Position numbers and translations under genes: made by a program. The notes beneath the pieces were generated by a model. It saw nothing but the letters and a program-made list of their open reading frames with translations. It was not told the DNA's origin and searched no databases. A DNA stretch of 63,994 nt, the filler included, from Blastocystis sp. subtype 4 (lineage: Eukaryota), in NCBI RefSeq assembly GCF_000743755.1. It is 3 parts of 3 records of this genome, joined end to end, with 100 filler letters (N's around TTAATTAATTAA, not from the genome) between each part and the next. Parts side by side here need not be neighbours in the genome. Positions count along the whole stretch, not along the records: positions 23,974 to 47,301 come from NW_014569375.1; 2 more parts are not named here. One strand, written 5' to 3'. This document shows, piece after piece, positions 26,804 through 40,531 of the stretch. Each line of letters starts with the position of its first letter. The stretch's first letter is position 1.

Positions 26804-28535
26804 ATGGATGATGTTGCTGTGCATTCGCTTGTATTCTCCGATTCTCCTACAGTCTTTGTAAAACTTCATTATTATCGAAAAGTCAGTCCAAATGTATTTT
26901 CTCAAGAGTTCTTCTACAATTTGTTAGATGATATTTCTGTTTCGAGAATTTATCTAGTCAAACATGTATATTGAAATATCAATGATTATAAATAGGGGAC
27001 TGTGATCATAGAGTGTTCTACTCTGGAAGCGGCAACAACACTCTACTCACTATGTAAAGATGGCAATATAATGATTGACGGTCGTTATGTATTACAACCT
27101 TCGTATCTTCGGAAACCGGCTATAAACATTTCAAAAGAATACTCCGATATTGCATCCATAAATGGTAAGGTTTTAAAATAGAATTGTCAGGTGTAGGTCT
27201 CACTCCTCTGTTGTTTAAGTCAAAGAGTTTCCTTTCATTACTGAATTCCTTTGTTCATGAATGTGGTGATTACAAGCAATATAATAATGTATGTGATAAT
27301 TGCATCTATCAATTAGACATATTTTTTTACAAGCTCGCTGTCAACTACTCATCTTCGTCAACAATTTGCTGTGAAACAATTGACTGAAAAGCATCAGATG
27401 CTTATACACCATTTTCTGAAAGAAGTTGGTGAGAGTAATTTTGGATTTAATGCTGTTTTGGTTACACGGTTCCTCGGAAAGGATATGATTCCTTTGCTTC
27501 TTGATCATGCTCAATTTGGTTCCTATATTGCAGTTCCCTTTGTTGATTCTTCGACAACAATTGAATTCTTCAATAACTATGGTTGTAATCGCATTCTTCA
27601 CAGAGACGGTCAAGCACTAAGGGTAACTGGTTCTCTTCGATATGACTCTTTCTTGTATGTTGCAAGTGAATCAACCCTTGTTAACACACTTCTTATCATT
27701 ACTGAGTTCACATCGAACAGTTGCTCTTGTTCATGTGGTGGTCCTTATTGTATGGATGCTATCGAGTCTCATCCTCATGAAAATGAGAAGATCCAAGAAG
27801 AGAATGTGAATCGAGTATACAATCTCCTCTCATCCTATTTTCGAGAGTCAACGACTAAATTCTTCAAACCAGTGAATTCATTTATCCGTTCCTTTTCTTA
27901 TGGACTTCTTCTTGATACAGGTTGTGGCGATTGCAAGTATATTTGTTGGAATGAACAGAATCAAATTCCCTCCAATCGAACAATTCTGATTGGTCAAGAC
28001 AATAATAGAGAAATGTTACTGATTGACAAGTATGAGCAGAGCAAACAGAGTATTCTCGTTCAGAATGATATTTGTCATCTCTCGTTCAAGTAGTTTCATT
28101 CTTTTATTCTTATTTCTAGAGAGAATGTTTTTGATGGTGTATTGAGCGTGTCTGTCATTCAACATCTCCCTAACAAATATAAGCAGCTACAAGCCTTACG
28201 AGAATTGATTCGTGTGAGTAAGAAAGGAGGTCGTATTCTGATCTATGTATGGTCTTTTGAGAAGGCCAACATGAAGCCTCGATTTGAAGACCCATCTCAG
28301 TATCAGTTCCTGACATGGAAACTACCTTTATCATCTATTGGAGGTAAAAGAGACTCTATCGAAAGAGATGGATTCATTGTGAATGAGGAGGAGAATACAG
28401 TAGAAGTGAAACGATTCTTCTATCTCTTTATCCATGGTGAACTAGAATGGCTCTTGTCTTACTGTTCAGGAGTACGAATTGTGAACCGATTCTTTGATGG
28501 ATCAAATTGGTGTGTTGAATTGGAAGTAGTCAAGT
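26804..28535 (+). CDS. ALKBH8: ALKBH8/Trm9-type tRNA wobble-U methyltransferase (RRM, degenerate AlkB, Zn motif, MTase); probable polyA-created stop
   Basis: CSCSC..C then EENVNRVYN, LDTGCGDCKY, SVSVIQHL, GGRILIYVWSFE, RFFYLFIHGELE, DGSNWCV. RRM-like N-terminus. Confidence 0.8.
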
Positions 28536-28597
28536 ATATTGTTTCTTATCAACAAAGATATCTGCTCCATCATTATTGATGCTCACTAAAGGACTGG

Positions 28598-29782
28598 TTA
28601 ATGAGTATATCCCTTCTGCACATACTTGGCAAAGGTTTGAGCAACGATTAGAGGGAATACAAGAGTCGCTTCAGCATACACCTTCACAGGACGTGCATTG
28701 ATTCGAATCTTTCCCCAAGAAATGGCTTCTTCAGGTCTTGCACCAGCATCACTTCCATCGAATTCCTGTGCAGTATTAATGTACACAGAGAAATCAGCTC
28801 CATTACGCATCAAGTTTGCATTGCAAACATGGTGCTTCACAACACCTCCTCCAATAATAATCTGTCCTGATTTGGGAGCATGTTTGGCAATCGAATTTAT
28901 AGCAACAATATCCTGAACCAGATCAATGATCAGACCAGGATTCATGTATGAGTGGAAGAACACCATATCACCAATACTACCATCAGTAATAGCAGGACAG
29001 AACACGGGAATATTATTCTTTGCTGCCCAATAATACACAGATTCTTCATTGTTGATACGCTCACCCAGAAGACGAATCATCTTGGATGGTGTCCAGACAT
29101 ATCCTTCCTTCTTCTGCTTCTCTAACATGTAATCAAGAATTGGCATCATCCAATCCTCAAAATCACAATAGTCATCGTTTGGAACCAACAGATTGCCAGT
29201 ACGATTGATACCCTTCATACGCAGTTCACGACCGTCCAGGTCAAACTTGCCAATGTAGAACTTGGACATACATTTGATGAAATCCTCTTCAATTCCTCCA
29301 CATGTTGTGACAATCACATCTACCTACCAATAAGTCATTCAAAGTAACTCAAACCAAATGATGTTTCACCAAGTAGTGAATGATCTCTCTCATGCCACAA
29401 GACATCATATTGCTCGTGTAAGAAAAGAAAATGGTACACTTGGTATTCTTGCGGAATTCAGGATCATTCCACTCATCAGGTTCGTTTGGAAGCGGAGTAT
29501 CATCACTTAATCTCCAGTACAACTACACAGACATCACTATATTATCAAAATAACCTACCATTCGGTTGATCTCATCAATTGCAGCCGCCATATTCGTTGC
29601 TTGGAATCCCATCGTACTATAGGACTCGATAACCTTGGTTAAATCAATTCCGTTGTCAAAATCGTATCTATCATCAATCCATTGTCATTTTCCTACCCCT
29701 TTACAACAGGAGTATCATCGGGAAGCTTTTCCGATTTTGCAAGTACTGCATCAATTAATTCCGGAGGTAGTTGAGTATTCAT
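28598..29782 (-). CDS. DHPS: Deoxyhypusine synthase
   Basis: [54 protein letters not shown]. Confidence 0.97.
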
Positions 29783-29877
29783 TTTATAGCCGAATTTGAT
29801 CCACACAACAAGGTAGTTTTATCTCTCACCTGCGGTAGAAAAGTCTCCCTTTTGACTTGCTGACAAACAAACATAGA

Positions 29878-31483
29878 CTAATTCATGAATAACGAGAACG
29901 TAAACCTTTTTTGATTGATCAAGTAACCTAAGTCTAGAGACATGATACTCATTGGGATGTTCAATCCCACACCGAAACTCGAACGCGTTGTACCCCAAAT
30001 ACTACGCAAATCCGTATGATGATTCCATACATTTCCAAGTTCATAAAAGAGACGCGCTCGAACGCCAAAATTGTATTCATGACTAATAACTACAGGAAGA
30101 CTCAAAGCAACAGAAGCAGAAGCACAACAATCTCCTCCCAATACATCTCCTTCCTTTCTTCCTCCCTCTACAGTTCATATACCTTCAATTAGAAAACCTT
30201 TTGGCGATGATTTCGGACCGAAATCTCGAATATTCATTCCAGTCACATGAGAGGCATCTATTCCTGGTACCTATTCACTAGAACTACTTAAGAAGAATCG
30301 ATCAACATAGCGAGTTCTTCTCCGATTGAGATTCTGAATGACTCCTCCATATCCCTTGAGGTGGAGCAGTAACCCTGCTTCTTGATCAATTTCTCGTGTT
30401 AACGGGATAGTAGTTTGTACAGTACATTCTCCTTTCACACTGTTGACATCACCAATGAATCCGTTATATTCCTATAGGTGATTCAATCAGATAGAGGAGC
30501 ACAAGTTGCAGATTCACTAAGCTTCCCTCTGTTGGCCAGCTATTATCATCCAAAGTATCTATCCTTCAGGTCATTTCTAGTTCCTACTGTAGTTGTACTG
30601 AAATCCTAATGTCGATTTGATGGACGGACGGCACTCCTTTAGCATACTCGAACTACATTGCGTCTTCAGAATACACAATTCTTCGATGTCTCCAAAAGGA
30701 GATAAATCTCTCCATTGAAGTCCAAACCCCAATTGAAAACGTTTCTTATAGTCACTGATTGATGCTTTTACACCGGAGGTGAAAATGTTGACGCTGCTCT
30801 CTTTCAAACGGTTAATATACTCTCTGAACATAAATTCAGTTCATCATATGTACCGTTTCCAAGATAGACTGATGGGACATCCAAAGATGGAGTGCTTACA
30901 GTCGTATTTAACGACAAATTCACGATTTCCTCGTAATAAGCTATACGATCCAAACATATCCAGCTTATCCATACGCATGGTGGGATTCATATCACTCATT
31001 CCTAAACCCTATCGTATGAATCCGACTACTAGAAGTATACAATGTAGAAATCATTATGATCTGGAGTAGTGTTACTGACAACATAGGGTTCTGGTCCAAC
31101 CTTTTCTACAATATCCAATTTGACCATTACTTCCGATGTATCATCGGTTGGAATATCCGCTACATATCAAGAGTTACTTCAACAATGTACGAACATCCAT
31201 TGTGATATCAATACTATCAATAGTATCCTCAGACTCCAAATTTGTTTTCATTGTACTCAATGCTGTGTACAGTTCGCCAAATGTCTTGGCTTCCTTCACT
31301 TCCTATTCCATTATATTCAATTTCATTGAAATACTTTGGGAACTTCCTTCTCAATCACTGAATCTCTGTATCATGAACCATGGCGGAAATCACTTACGGC
31401 AATTCGCAATCGTAGTTTACTCTGTGATATGCATAGTGCATGGGCATATCATTTTGAATATCATCTATATTCTCTTCCTCCAT
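29878..31483 (-). CDS. SAM50: Sam50/Omp85 outer-membrane beta-barrel assembly protein
   Basis: C-terminal GGD...SLP...RLFYELGN...RSSFGVGL...FTFSL beta-barrel signature; many short introns. Confidence 0.75.
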
Positions 31484-31503
31484 CAATGTAGAACAAACAC
31501 TGA

Positions 31504-32708
31504 TTAATTCATTCCCTTTTCCATGTTTTGTCGGAACAAGGACTTCTTTTTAGGTTTCCTCTCTTTCTGTTCCACTTGTTCTGGTTTTACATCCTTTGCA
31601 TATTCTCTCTCAATGACCACAGGTTTCACACTTTCCATATCTCTCTCTACAATCTCTTCTTCTGTCACTTTTAGTGTATCCTTCTTTGGCATTGCTGGAT
31701 CTACTTGACTCTTTGATATGGTTGTTTTCACCATCTTCTTACATACTTTTTTATGTTCAGGCCAATCTTTTATCTGACAAGACCGTGAACAATACCAAAC
31801 TGTCTTACATTGAGCACATTTGCTTCTATTCTTTAATTCCTCTCAACAAAGGTACGTCACATTTGGTTTACCACAGTAGTGACATGTAGGAACATTGTCC
31901 ATAACCACTTCCTCCTCTTCTCCTTCTTCGTCCTCTTCAAGAGGGGATTTCCATTCTCCTCGAACCAACACTTCATTCTCTTCAATAATACCCTGATCTC
32001 GAGCTTCAAAGTAACTTTGATCCAAATCCACCGATTGCATCATCAATGCATCTGATGATGTTGTCTTCAGTGATTGTCTGATCTCCGATTCCTTCACAAC
32101 TGGCTTTACTGATGGTTTGGGCCCTTGGATCAACACAGGCTCACCTTCGTTCGGAATATATTCAATGATCTCTTGTACTTCATCCCCTTGAGATTTCTTC
32201 TCCTTGATTTGGGACTAAAGGTTGATGCCTTTTTCAAACACCTACATCTAAATAGCGCAACTGATGGTAATATGAATCCACCTTAGCTACTTCTTTATCC
32301 ACTTCTTTGAGTTTCTCTTCTAGGTAGTTCTTTCGACGTTTCAAGAATTCAATCGTCTTTGGATCGCCAAATACACAAATTACATACTCCTTTTGCACTT
32401 TTCCATACATAATACTCCTTCCCCAATAAACACATGAATTCATTTGTATGTACAAGCGACCCTTCCATAAATGCAAGAGGTCCTACAGGAATCTAAGAGC
32501 TAAAGTACTGTGATACAAAACTACCATCACCTTGTGTTCCAATTTTTCAGGCAGTCCTTCAACAGTCTGAATTGTTTCCTCTACTTCATCGAGCGTATTT
32601 CGCAACTCATGTGAATGAACCACCAACTGGTCTTGTTTCTTGTCATTACATCTGCCACCATCCAATTACCTGATGGATGATATCGTATGCCGATTCTACA
32701 GTATTCAT
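31504..32708 (-). CDS. URI1: Prefoldin-like URI1/Bud27
   Basis: LPEKLEHKVM-IPVGPLAFMEGRLVHTNE; EFLKRRK; acidic middle region; C-terminal KKSLFRQ. Confidence 0.8.
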
Positions 32709-32732
32709 CAACAATGATCTGAACAAACACAT

Positions 32733-33275
32733 CTAAGAACGACCTTTACCTCTTCCACGTCCTCGTCCATTCCCTCTAGAGGCACCTCCACGACCTGAAG
32801 AACCTCCTCTTTTTTCCCCAAAGATGCCCTTTCGAGCTCCAACTCGTGCTTTATTATACTCTACATATCAATTCAAATTCATAAAGCAACTCGAATTGAG
32901 TTCTTCTTGAGGTACGTTATCTAGTGTCTATACATAACATTCAGTTCACTACATTAACCTCTTTCGATAATCTCATACACTTGATTGTTCCTCCACGAAT
33001 ATAGCACTCAGACAGTTGAAAGAAACGAGAACCATTCTAAGTGTTACTGTGATCACATAACAAAACATGTGAAGTCAATATAACATCCGAAAGTACCACA
33101 TTCATATAGGAATCACAACTAACAAGCTTTCCCGAATAGGATTCTCCATTTGTTAATTCTATAAGCTATCATTCACAGATTAATCTTGAAAAGTACGATT
33201 TCACGATCTCGGGCTGCTCTTAATAACGATAAGGGAAGCTAGCAAATTATGCATCTGGTAGATGATTCATACCAT
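32733..33275 (-). CDS. LSM4: U6 snRNA-associated Sm-like protein LSm4
   Basis: M-LPLSLLRAA, IELTNGESYSGKLVSCDSYMNV, ECYIRGGTIK, RG-rich tail. Confidence 0.85.
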
Positions 33276-33366
33276 TCTGCAATTTACTGTTCAAATAGTT
33301 ATGCTATTGTGAGGATTCAAATCAACACTGTTAATTAGACTTTTGTCAACAAACAGTGCACACTAA

Positions 33367-34950
33367 TTAAAAGCCATAGTATGTAGAGGGAATGTTAAAA
33401 TGAGAGACACAACAGAAATGACGGTAACGACCGCAAACCGCAACTAGTTATGAGTTTGCACATTCATAGCATACCTGAAACCGGTAGATCCATAACTGAA
33501 GACAACAAAAGACAGTCAACAGGAAATGAACTAGAATGAAGTTGCTATGGCACTTCTCCTTCTCAAATACAGTTAACTAGAAATCATTTATCTATCCTGT
33601 AACATACAAATGGAAGCTCTTGCTGAGGTGAAAATGGCTTCACATGATTCAGGTAACCAGTCGCAACGCACTTGTAATCTTGATAATACACAACTGCCCC
33701 AAACGAATAAACACGATTTGGTTTCCAAGGCTCAATTCGACCTTGAATTCGATGTTCCATTTCACTTGTTACATTTGTCCAACATCCTTCATACTACAAT
33801 TGACTTAGCGAGTTGAATCCTACTTTGTAGATGTTTGCATAGATATGCGACGAGAACAGAAGTCTTTGATATGACAACAAGACCTCCAGACATAGTCCAA
33901 CAATGAATATTGGAAGCAAATCTTCGATTGCATACTTGTTAATGAAGAGGAAATACATCATCGGATATACTGTAGCAATAAAGTACTGCTCCAAGGCTGG
34001 AATAAAGAGATTGAAATAGAATGAGTGTTTGACATCGTATTCAGCATACGAATTATAAGCAACTACTACAACACTAAGGGTCAGCAACAGCACGAAGGAA
34101 TACAGAAAGATGACCGAAAGCGAGATCAGAATATCAACATAATCGTTGTATCGATAGCCTGGAATAAGTATACACGGAATGACAAATCCTGCCGTCAACA
34201 GACAATTCACAGTCGTTTTCAGATTCTGAGATGCATTTTTTATAATACTGTGGATAAGAACATAAATAGGATTCTTCAGCGCTAGAATCATCGACACTAC
34301 AAACAACCGGCTTTCATAACGTTGAACTTGCTAGATATTATCATAAATCGATTATTCAGTACATTACCAAACAGAACAATGAACTGACCAATAAGCATCA
34401 TGATGTCGAGAAAGGCAATTACCATTGTCGATAGAATACGAATACTCATAGGAGACGTAAATGAGTTTTCTGGATGAATTTCATCAAACAGGAAATCACA
34501 ACTCTGGGGAGTAGGTTCTGACTGTTCGTATTTGATCACATTAGACAGATGGTCTTTTCCTTTTCCTCTGTTTCGTCGTTGACTCATTCTTTGAAAAGAG
34601 ATAACCAAAACCTCTCCTTCTTTTTGCACCGATTATTGCTCCATTTATCAGAATGTCTCTTTTCAGGACTTTTGGTTCCTTCCCAGTTTTCAGTCAGAGT
34701 GGAGTGATTCGAAGAACCTTGTTTGGTTCTTTCTTTGGGAATTCTCAAATGAAGGAAGCCAAGAGTATAGTTATTATCTCATGATCATTCATAGAAATGC
34801 TTGATGTACTTGTAGATCCACTGTCAAAAGTTTGGATGTCATTGATCTGATCATCCTAGACGGAGTTAAAATATATACCAAAACGGAACGTCTATTTAGC
34901 AGAAGAAATTGGAGTAGAATACGTACATTTTGGTAGAAGACATCATGAAT
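33367..34950 (-). CDS. TMEM39-family multipass membrane protein (5' end uncertain)
   Basis: Multiple TMs, then GCWT...WKPNRVYSFGAVVYYQDYKCVATGYLNHVKP, resembling the TMEM39 WxxxxxWxxGxxV...AxGxxNxAxP motif. Confidence 0.55.
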
Positions 34951-35063
34951 AGTCCATTCGAGATGGAATTTATATAATGAGTCCTCAAGAAGCAACTCTT
35001 ATTCTCAAAGAAGATGCACCGTAAGATTTTCCTGCAAACGGATTTCTTGTTTACAAACACAGA

Positions 35064-36084
35064 TATAAAGCAACGACACCATCTTGGGTAATGGTAAACG
35101 ACGTTCGTCGAGGCCCTAACCGTGGAGAGAAGAGAACATAGAAATCACGAATCAAGTCACTCGGAACATTGTTTTTATTCTCCATAGCAATGTCTTTCAC
35201 ATTCGATAGATCAAAGATCGCTGCTGATGGGTATGTACTGCCTCGACGACACAACATGAAGCGATGATGAGTGAATTGAGTGACTGTATTTCCAAGAGAA
35301 GGCAACACAGCAGAGCCTTGCTGATATCCTTCAGAAATTGAGGATGTAATTTGGTTGATAATGACAAAGGTGATACCATGATACAGACAACAATGATTCA
35401 TAGTGATATAGATATGTCGCAAGATTTCGGCTCGTTTAAGATAATCCTACATAATATAATAGAAAGAGAGTTACCGGATTCACTTCCGCTCGAAACAACG
35501 CAGCTATTGAATCAAGTACAATTAGTTTAACTCTTCGTAAATCCTTTGATAAATGAGAATCAAGACTATCCTGTCTGATGAAGGAGAAATAACGACCCCT
35601 ACAATAAAGGATACAAGATCTTCTGGAGAAGAAAGTTGATGAACATATAAGCTTTCAGTAATCGTCTCCACAGTAAACTCGGTATGTGATTTCTATGTCA
35701 TTAAGGAATTCTAATAATTACGCAGAAATAGGTAGCTTCATCTTTTAATCTTGAATATGGGAACGATGACTCCGTACATACATACATGGCTTGTCCATTG
35801 CAACCGTGCTGATCTTCAGGAAGAAGTGACTAGAGATGAGTACAAGTTGATCACTAATAACATGAATCGCAATTTGAATAGCTAGATGCGTTTTCCCTGC
35901 AGACGCTTCTCCTGTAATCTAGTCATTCACTACTGGAAGAGAAACATACCTCACTGATAGATTCTTTTACTAAGCCACCTTTCAAGCACTGATCAATCGA
36001 AGAACAGCCTGTTGTCAAATAGTTCCATTTCTCCTTCTCGAACAATTCTTGTGCTGTTACTGGAATTGGAACAGGATTCTCCAT
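35064..36084 (-). CDS. XRCC3: RAD51 paralog (XRCC3-like); probable polyA-created stop (TA|A)
   Basis: LTTGCSSIDQCLKGG, GEASAGKT, YVCTESSFP, LIVLDSIAALFRAE, VIINQI, PSLG, FSPRL, FTITQDGV. Confidence 0.75.
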
Positions 36085-36117
36085 TTCTGTGACAAATGAC
36101 TGTTCCAACAAACAATT

Positions 36118-39100
36118 TCATATGGTACAGAGAATTCTATTCTGAAGTTGCTTCAGTTGATCTACTTGCTCCTCCTTCACTGTAACTGAGAGCATCATGT
36201 TCACTAAATCTAGCGCTGATCGGAATAAGTCATCTTCTGTACTCCACAATGCTGCTGACAAATCAATCGAAGAGTATAGAACGTTCCATAGCGAATAATC
36301 ACTTGCAACAAGGTACTGGAGAATAAAAACAAGAATAGCCCGTTGTGATGAATTGAACGATTTCATCTCTCCCAGTAAGGCATCGACAGACATATCAAGG
36401 AACGAATCATCAAGAGAATGAGTCATTCGGTATGAGAATGCATCTTCTGTAATCACTGCAACATCATCTTGCTCATAATCTATTTATTAGACTAACAAGA
36501 CACACAAACTATGAAAATCAGTTATGATCGAGGAGACATGAATCAAATTGGTAGGAGAGTGAATGTACTGACATAGCATAAACTCATTCTTGAAGAGAGA
36601 GTCTATGTCAGCTGTCCCATCAACCAACTGTATGAAATCTGATGCAAACCCTTGAATTCGCTTCCATTTGGATTGAAGAAGAGAAACACTTTCGCGAATC
36701 TCATTACTGTCTACTTGTTCATTATCCATTCCATTCATACGAATGTGCTGTGGATCATATTTCCAATGATAAAATAGCACTAACAGAATTGTACCCACAG
36801 GAATCTCGATCTCTTCAAATTGTTCTTCTTGAGCAAGCGAACGCATAAATTGAAGTAATAAACGATGAACATGTTCATACAAATGAGAAGAATAATAGAT
36901 ATTGAAAGAAGAGAGTTGTTGAGATATCATTAACAAAGTGTAACTCCCTTGGAATAAAAATAGAATCTGATCCAATGAATGAGATGAATGAGAACATAAT
37001 AATAGCAAGGAATATAAATCTCTATCAAATCAATTCTTTCAAAATAAGGATACAAAAAAGGTCGATAATTCTGGAGAAATGTGGAGGGAGAATGAAAACA
37101 CAATTGAATGAAACATAATGGATTCAACCGTTCCGGTAAGGCTTTAGCAACACTTGCCTTCTTATAATCGGAAGTTGTAAGGACCATATTGATTAGAAGA
37201 TCATGTTCCCTTGGACTCCCAATATCCAATTTTGGTTCGATTTGCGGAATACACCTTCTTTTGGTATTTCGACTGTCAGAAGACAAAGAACCCCCTCGCT
37301 TCCTTCCTTCTTCACAATGCAAAGCATCTAGAAATCGATCATCCATTCCCTGTTCTTTCTCCTCTTCTACTCGCTCTGTTACAGAGTAAATATCTTGATA
37401 CGACCGAATGACACTTTGGAGAGGTTCGTGCATCACTTCCTCTCCAAACCGATCTTTCACAGCCTCAATCACTGCTGGATTCACAATGTGTTTCTGAAGA
37501 CTCTCTGAAACCCAATCCAACAAGGCATCCTTCGGAATGACATCAGGAATCAATCGTAAGAGAAGAAGCCAAAACAGAGTGACATACGATGTCTTGGAGC
37601 ATGTGGTGATGGTTTCTTTCAGAATGGATGTCATTTTCAAAATCAAGGGAATTTACGGAATGCTAACAATATGGATATCTTTGGTATTTCATCTTTGGGA
37701 AGATTATGCAGAATCGCTTCAATCAAATCCAACACAGCCTCAAATCCAGCCTCTGCTGAGACTCCAGGAATGACCATGAAGAGGACTCGGATCCGAGCTG
37801 ACAAAGAGAACTGTGAAAAATCCATCCTTAGAAAGAGTTGATTGAAGAGGGATTCGATCAGAGTAGGATCCTTAATCAATCCTGTCTAACCATAAGTGGA
37901 ATGATCATTAGTCACTTGAATGCGAGTAACAGTTGAAGTTACAGTAGTAGGGTTCCTACAGTGCTCATTTGTCATAGAAAGAATAATATAAGTAAGAGCT
38001 GATTGAAGCTGATGAGGAATCAGAATATCCTTCCTTAATGAATCCATTTGACTACCCTACAAGATTCTCAACAACAGTAAGAAGGATAGGAGTAATAGCA
38101 CTGTTCTCTAGGTTCACATAGTACTCCAACACATGAGAGAAATCAACATTTTTCATATATGTGACTAAAACTCATTTCAATATTAAATAATTACATAAAT
38201 CACAATAGGAACATATATTATGAATAATACAAGCATAATCTTCTGTTAACTTGAAATCACTCATTTCAATCATTCTCTTACAAACATAGATCGATCTTTG
38301 ATATCTCGTCTTAATACATATACCATCACTTTCTGAACTAATGAACTGGTATTACTCTTAAGTAACATTTCCCACGGGAATATACATGTTAACAAACTCT
38401 ATTTTTCATTCAGTGTAAGTCAATCAACCATTAAAAAGACCAATCGTGTTTTTCCTATCGATTTGTAGTATTCCGATTTTCCGCTCGATTTCATACTATC
38501 TACAATGGAATAAGGGAGTTCAATCAAAGTAATTCCATTCTTCTGGATCCAGTCATCTGTTTTGAGCGAACAACTCCATTCTGGAGGAATCACGACGAGT
38601 TGTCTCCAATTCACTTCTTCTTTTGATTTTTCAATCTGACGTTGCATATATGCAATTCCAAAAATCCTCTCGAAAATACAGATAGCAACAAAATCTGTCG
38701 CTCCTGCAAATGCCTGTGGATTACGATAATTGTTGTAATATGTCAATGCATACAAAAATTGAACCAATTTATGGAATGCTGCAAAACTAATGAAATTGGG
38801 CAGATAATAACGAACTTGCGAAACATTATCTCCATAAATTGACACTATTTTGTTCATTCCAGAAACTGCATTGATATTGGTATTCATAAGTATATCATTT
38901 GTGTGATAGAGTTCCTTCCATTTGCATACGAACGAATACATGAGTTCGGACGTATAGTTCACAACAACAGCACGAGAGGTGGAATTGGTGAGTTGATGAA
39001 GAAGAGAAACAGAAACACGAATCACTCGTTCCAGGAGTTGTGTATGATAAACGTTGATACGATCCTGAATGAATCGACATTGAATGGCTGACTTACGGAA

Positions 39101-40477
39101 ATGAATCGTTGATGTGAATGAGAGATGAAGAAGGAGCAACAAGACAGTAAGAACGTGAATTCTGGTATGATCAACCAATTCACTTATCGAACACAGCTCC
39201 ATGAGTACAGTGAAAATAACATCACAATTCGATGTGAGAAGTGTACTAAGGAAGGCAGAACTGGATACAATAGTGTTAAGAAGAGGTTCATAACTAGATG
39301 GTCGTTCCTCTTCAAATTCCATCTGCCTCACTTTCTCGATCGTTTCTTGGACTATCTCACGAGTAGTTTGATTGAGTTCCCTTTTGATTCGATCAACTGA
39401 ATCCGTAGAGTACATGATACAACGTTGAATAAGAGAGGAGATACGAAGATGCAATGCAGGAGAGAAAAATGAGGGAACCAATTGAGTATGATTCTCCAAA
39501 ATTGAGCCTAATTTGTTCATATACAGATTCTGACGATCTTGAGTAGTTTGAAGTATGATACTGATGGCAGTATCATGATCTTGTGTGAGTGTGTGATACC
39601 GATCACAATAATCCTATTTATCAATGTATTCCTCATTGATTACACCCATCGATTGAAAAATACGTTCGATCAAAAGAATCGAGTATTTCTGCAATGACGG
39701 AATATCTAACCATTTCTATTCTTAATTCAAACTAGGAGATGTACTCGAATGTAAGGAGCCACGACAACTTGATATGAAGGAAGAACTGAGAGAGTGCAGG
39801 AGGTCATCACAACACCTTCTCGAATCTATACTTCAGATGATGTATCTGTCTTACTGAAGAAGATGATATTAATGGAACCATGAATTGAACTGCTTGTTTA
39901 CACAGAGACGAAAACTCTTCTTCTGTGTAGCCAAGGTGTTCCGGTGCAGCTAGGTAAGAAGGAATAGATACAAGTACTCATCACACTTCGAATCAAATTG
40001 ATGATTCGAGTGACCAGACGACGATGTTTCTTTTCATCAACCCATTTTCTGTCGTTGCAAGAATCTTTCAGATATAAAGTTAAAACATCTATACTTAAGC
40101 GGAGAGAATACAAGATACATTCAGGAATTCGGAAATCCTGTTGATAAAGAGTAGCAAGCATCTCAATAAAGAGTTCATATACTTTGGGATGTAAATTGAC
40201 ATCCACCTCCTGAAATACAGCTTGGAAGACATCTTGAACCGAAGCTGTTCGCATCTGTTCCGGATATGTCAAACACATCTCTGATAATGGTTGCAACTAT
40301 GAATGAGAGTCCTCTCTCAAAAGGATACAGCCGATATGTCTTCCTTTCCTTCCTTTACATATTTCAAAGAGTTCTATGATTGATTTCAACTTCAAATTGA
40401 GATACATGAACCTCATCTCGAAAGGCCTGTATGTTCCCTTCCAACAGTTGCTTATGTAATTCATCCAGTTGCAACAT
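36118..40477 (-). CDS. Large uncharacterised helical-repeat-like protein (multi-exon; may be more than one gene)
   Basis: Chain of long Leu-rich ORFs (39898-40296, 38420-39520, 37643-37879, 36930-37646, 36487-37008, 36118-36456) separated by intron-sized gaps. Bounded by 3' motifs at 40517 and 36107. Confidence 0.5.
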
Positions 40478-40531
40478 CTTTGCTAAGTCCGGTTGGATCA
40501 GCAGAAGGAAGTATGGAACAAACAATGAACC

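Noticed and set aside
38279..38286. TGTTTGTA on the minus strand inside the large orphan gene, as a possible gene end
   Set aside because: It coincides with ATG TTT|gtaag, a good splice donor of a ~32-nt intron.
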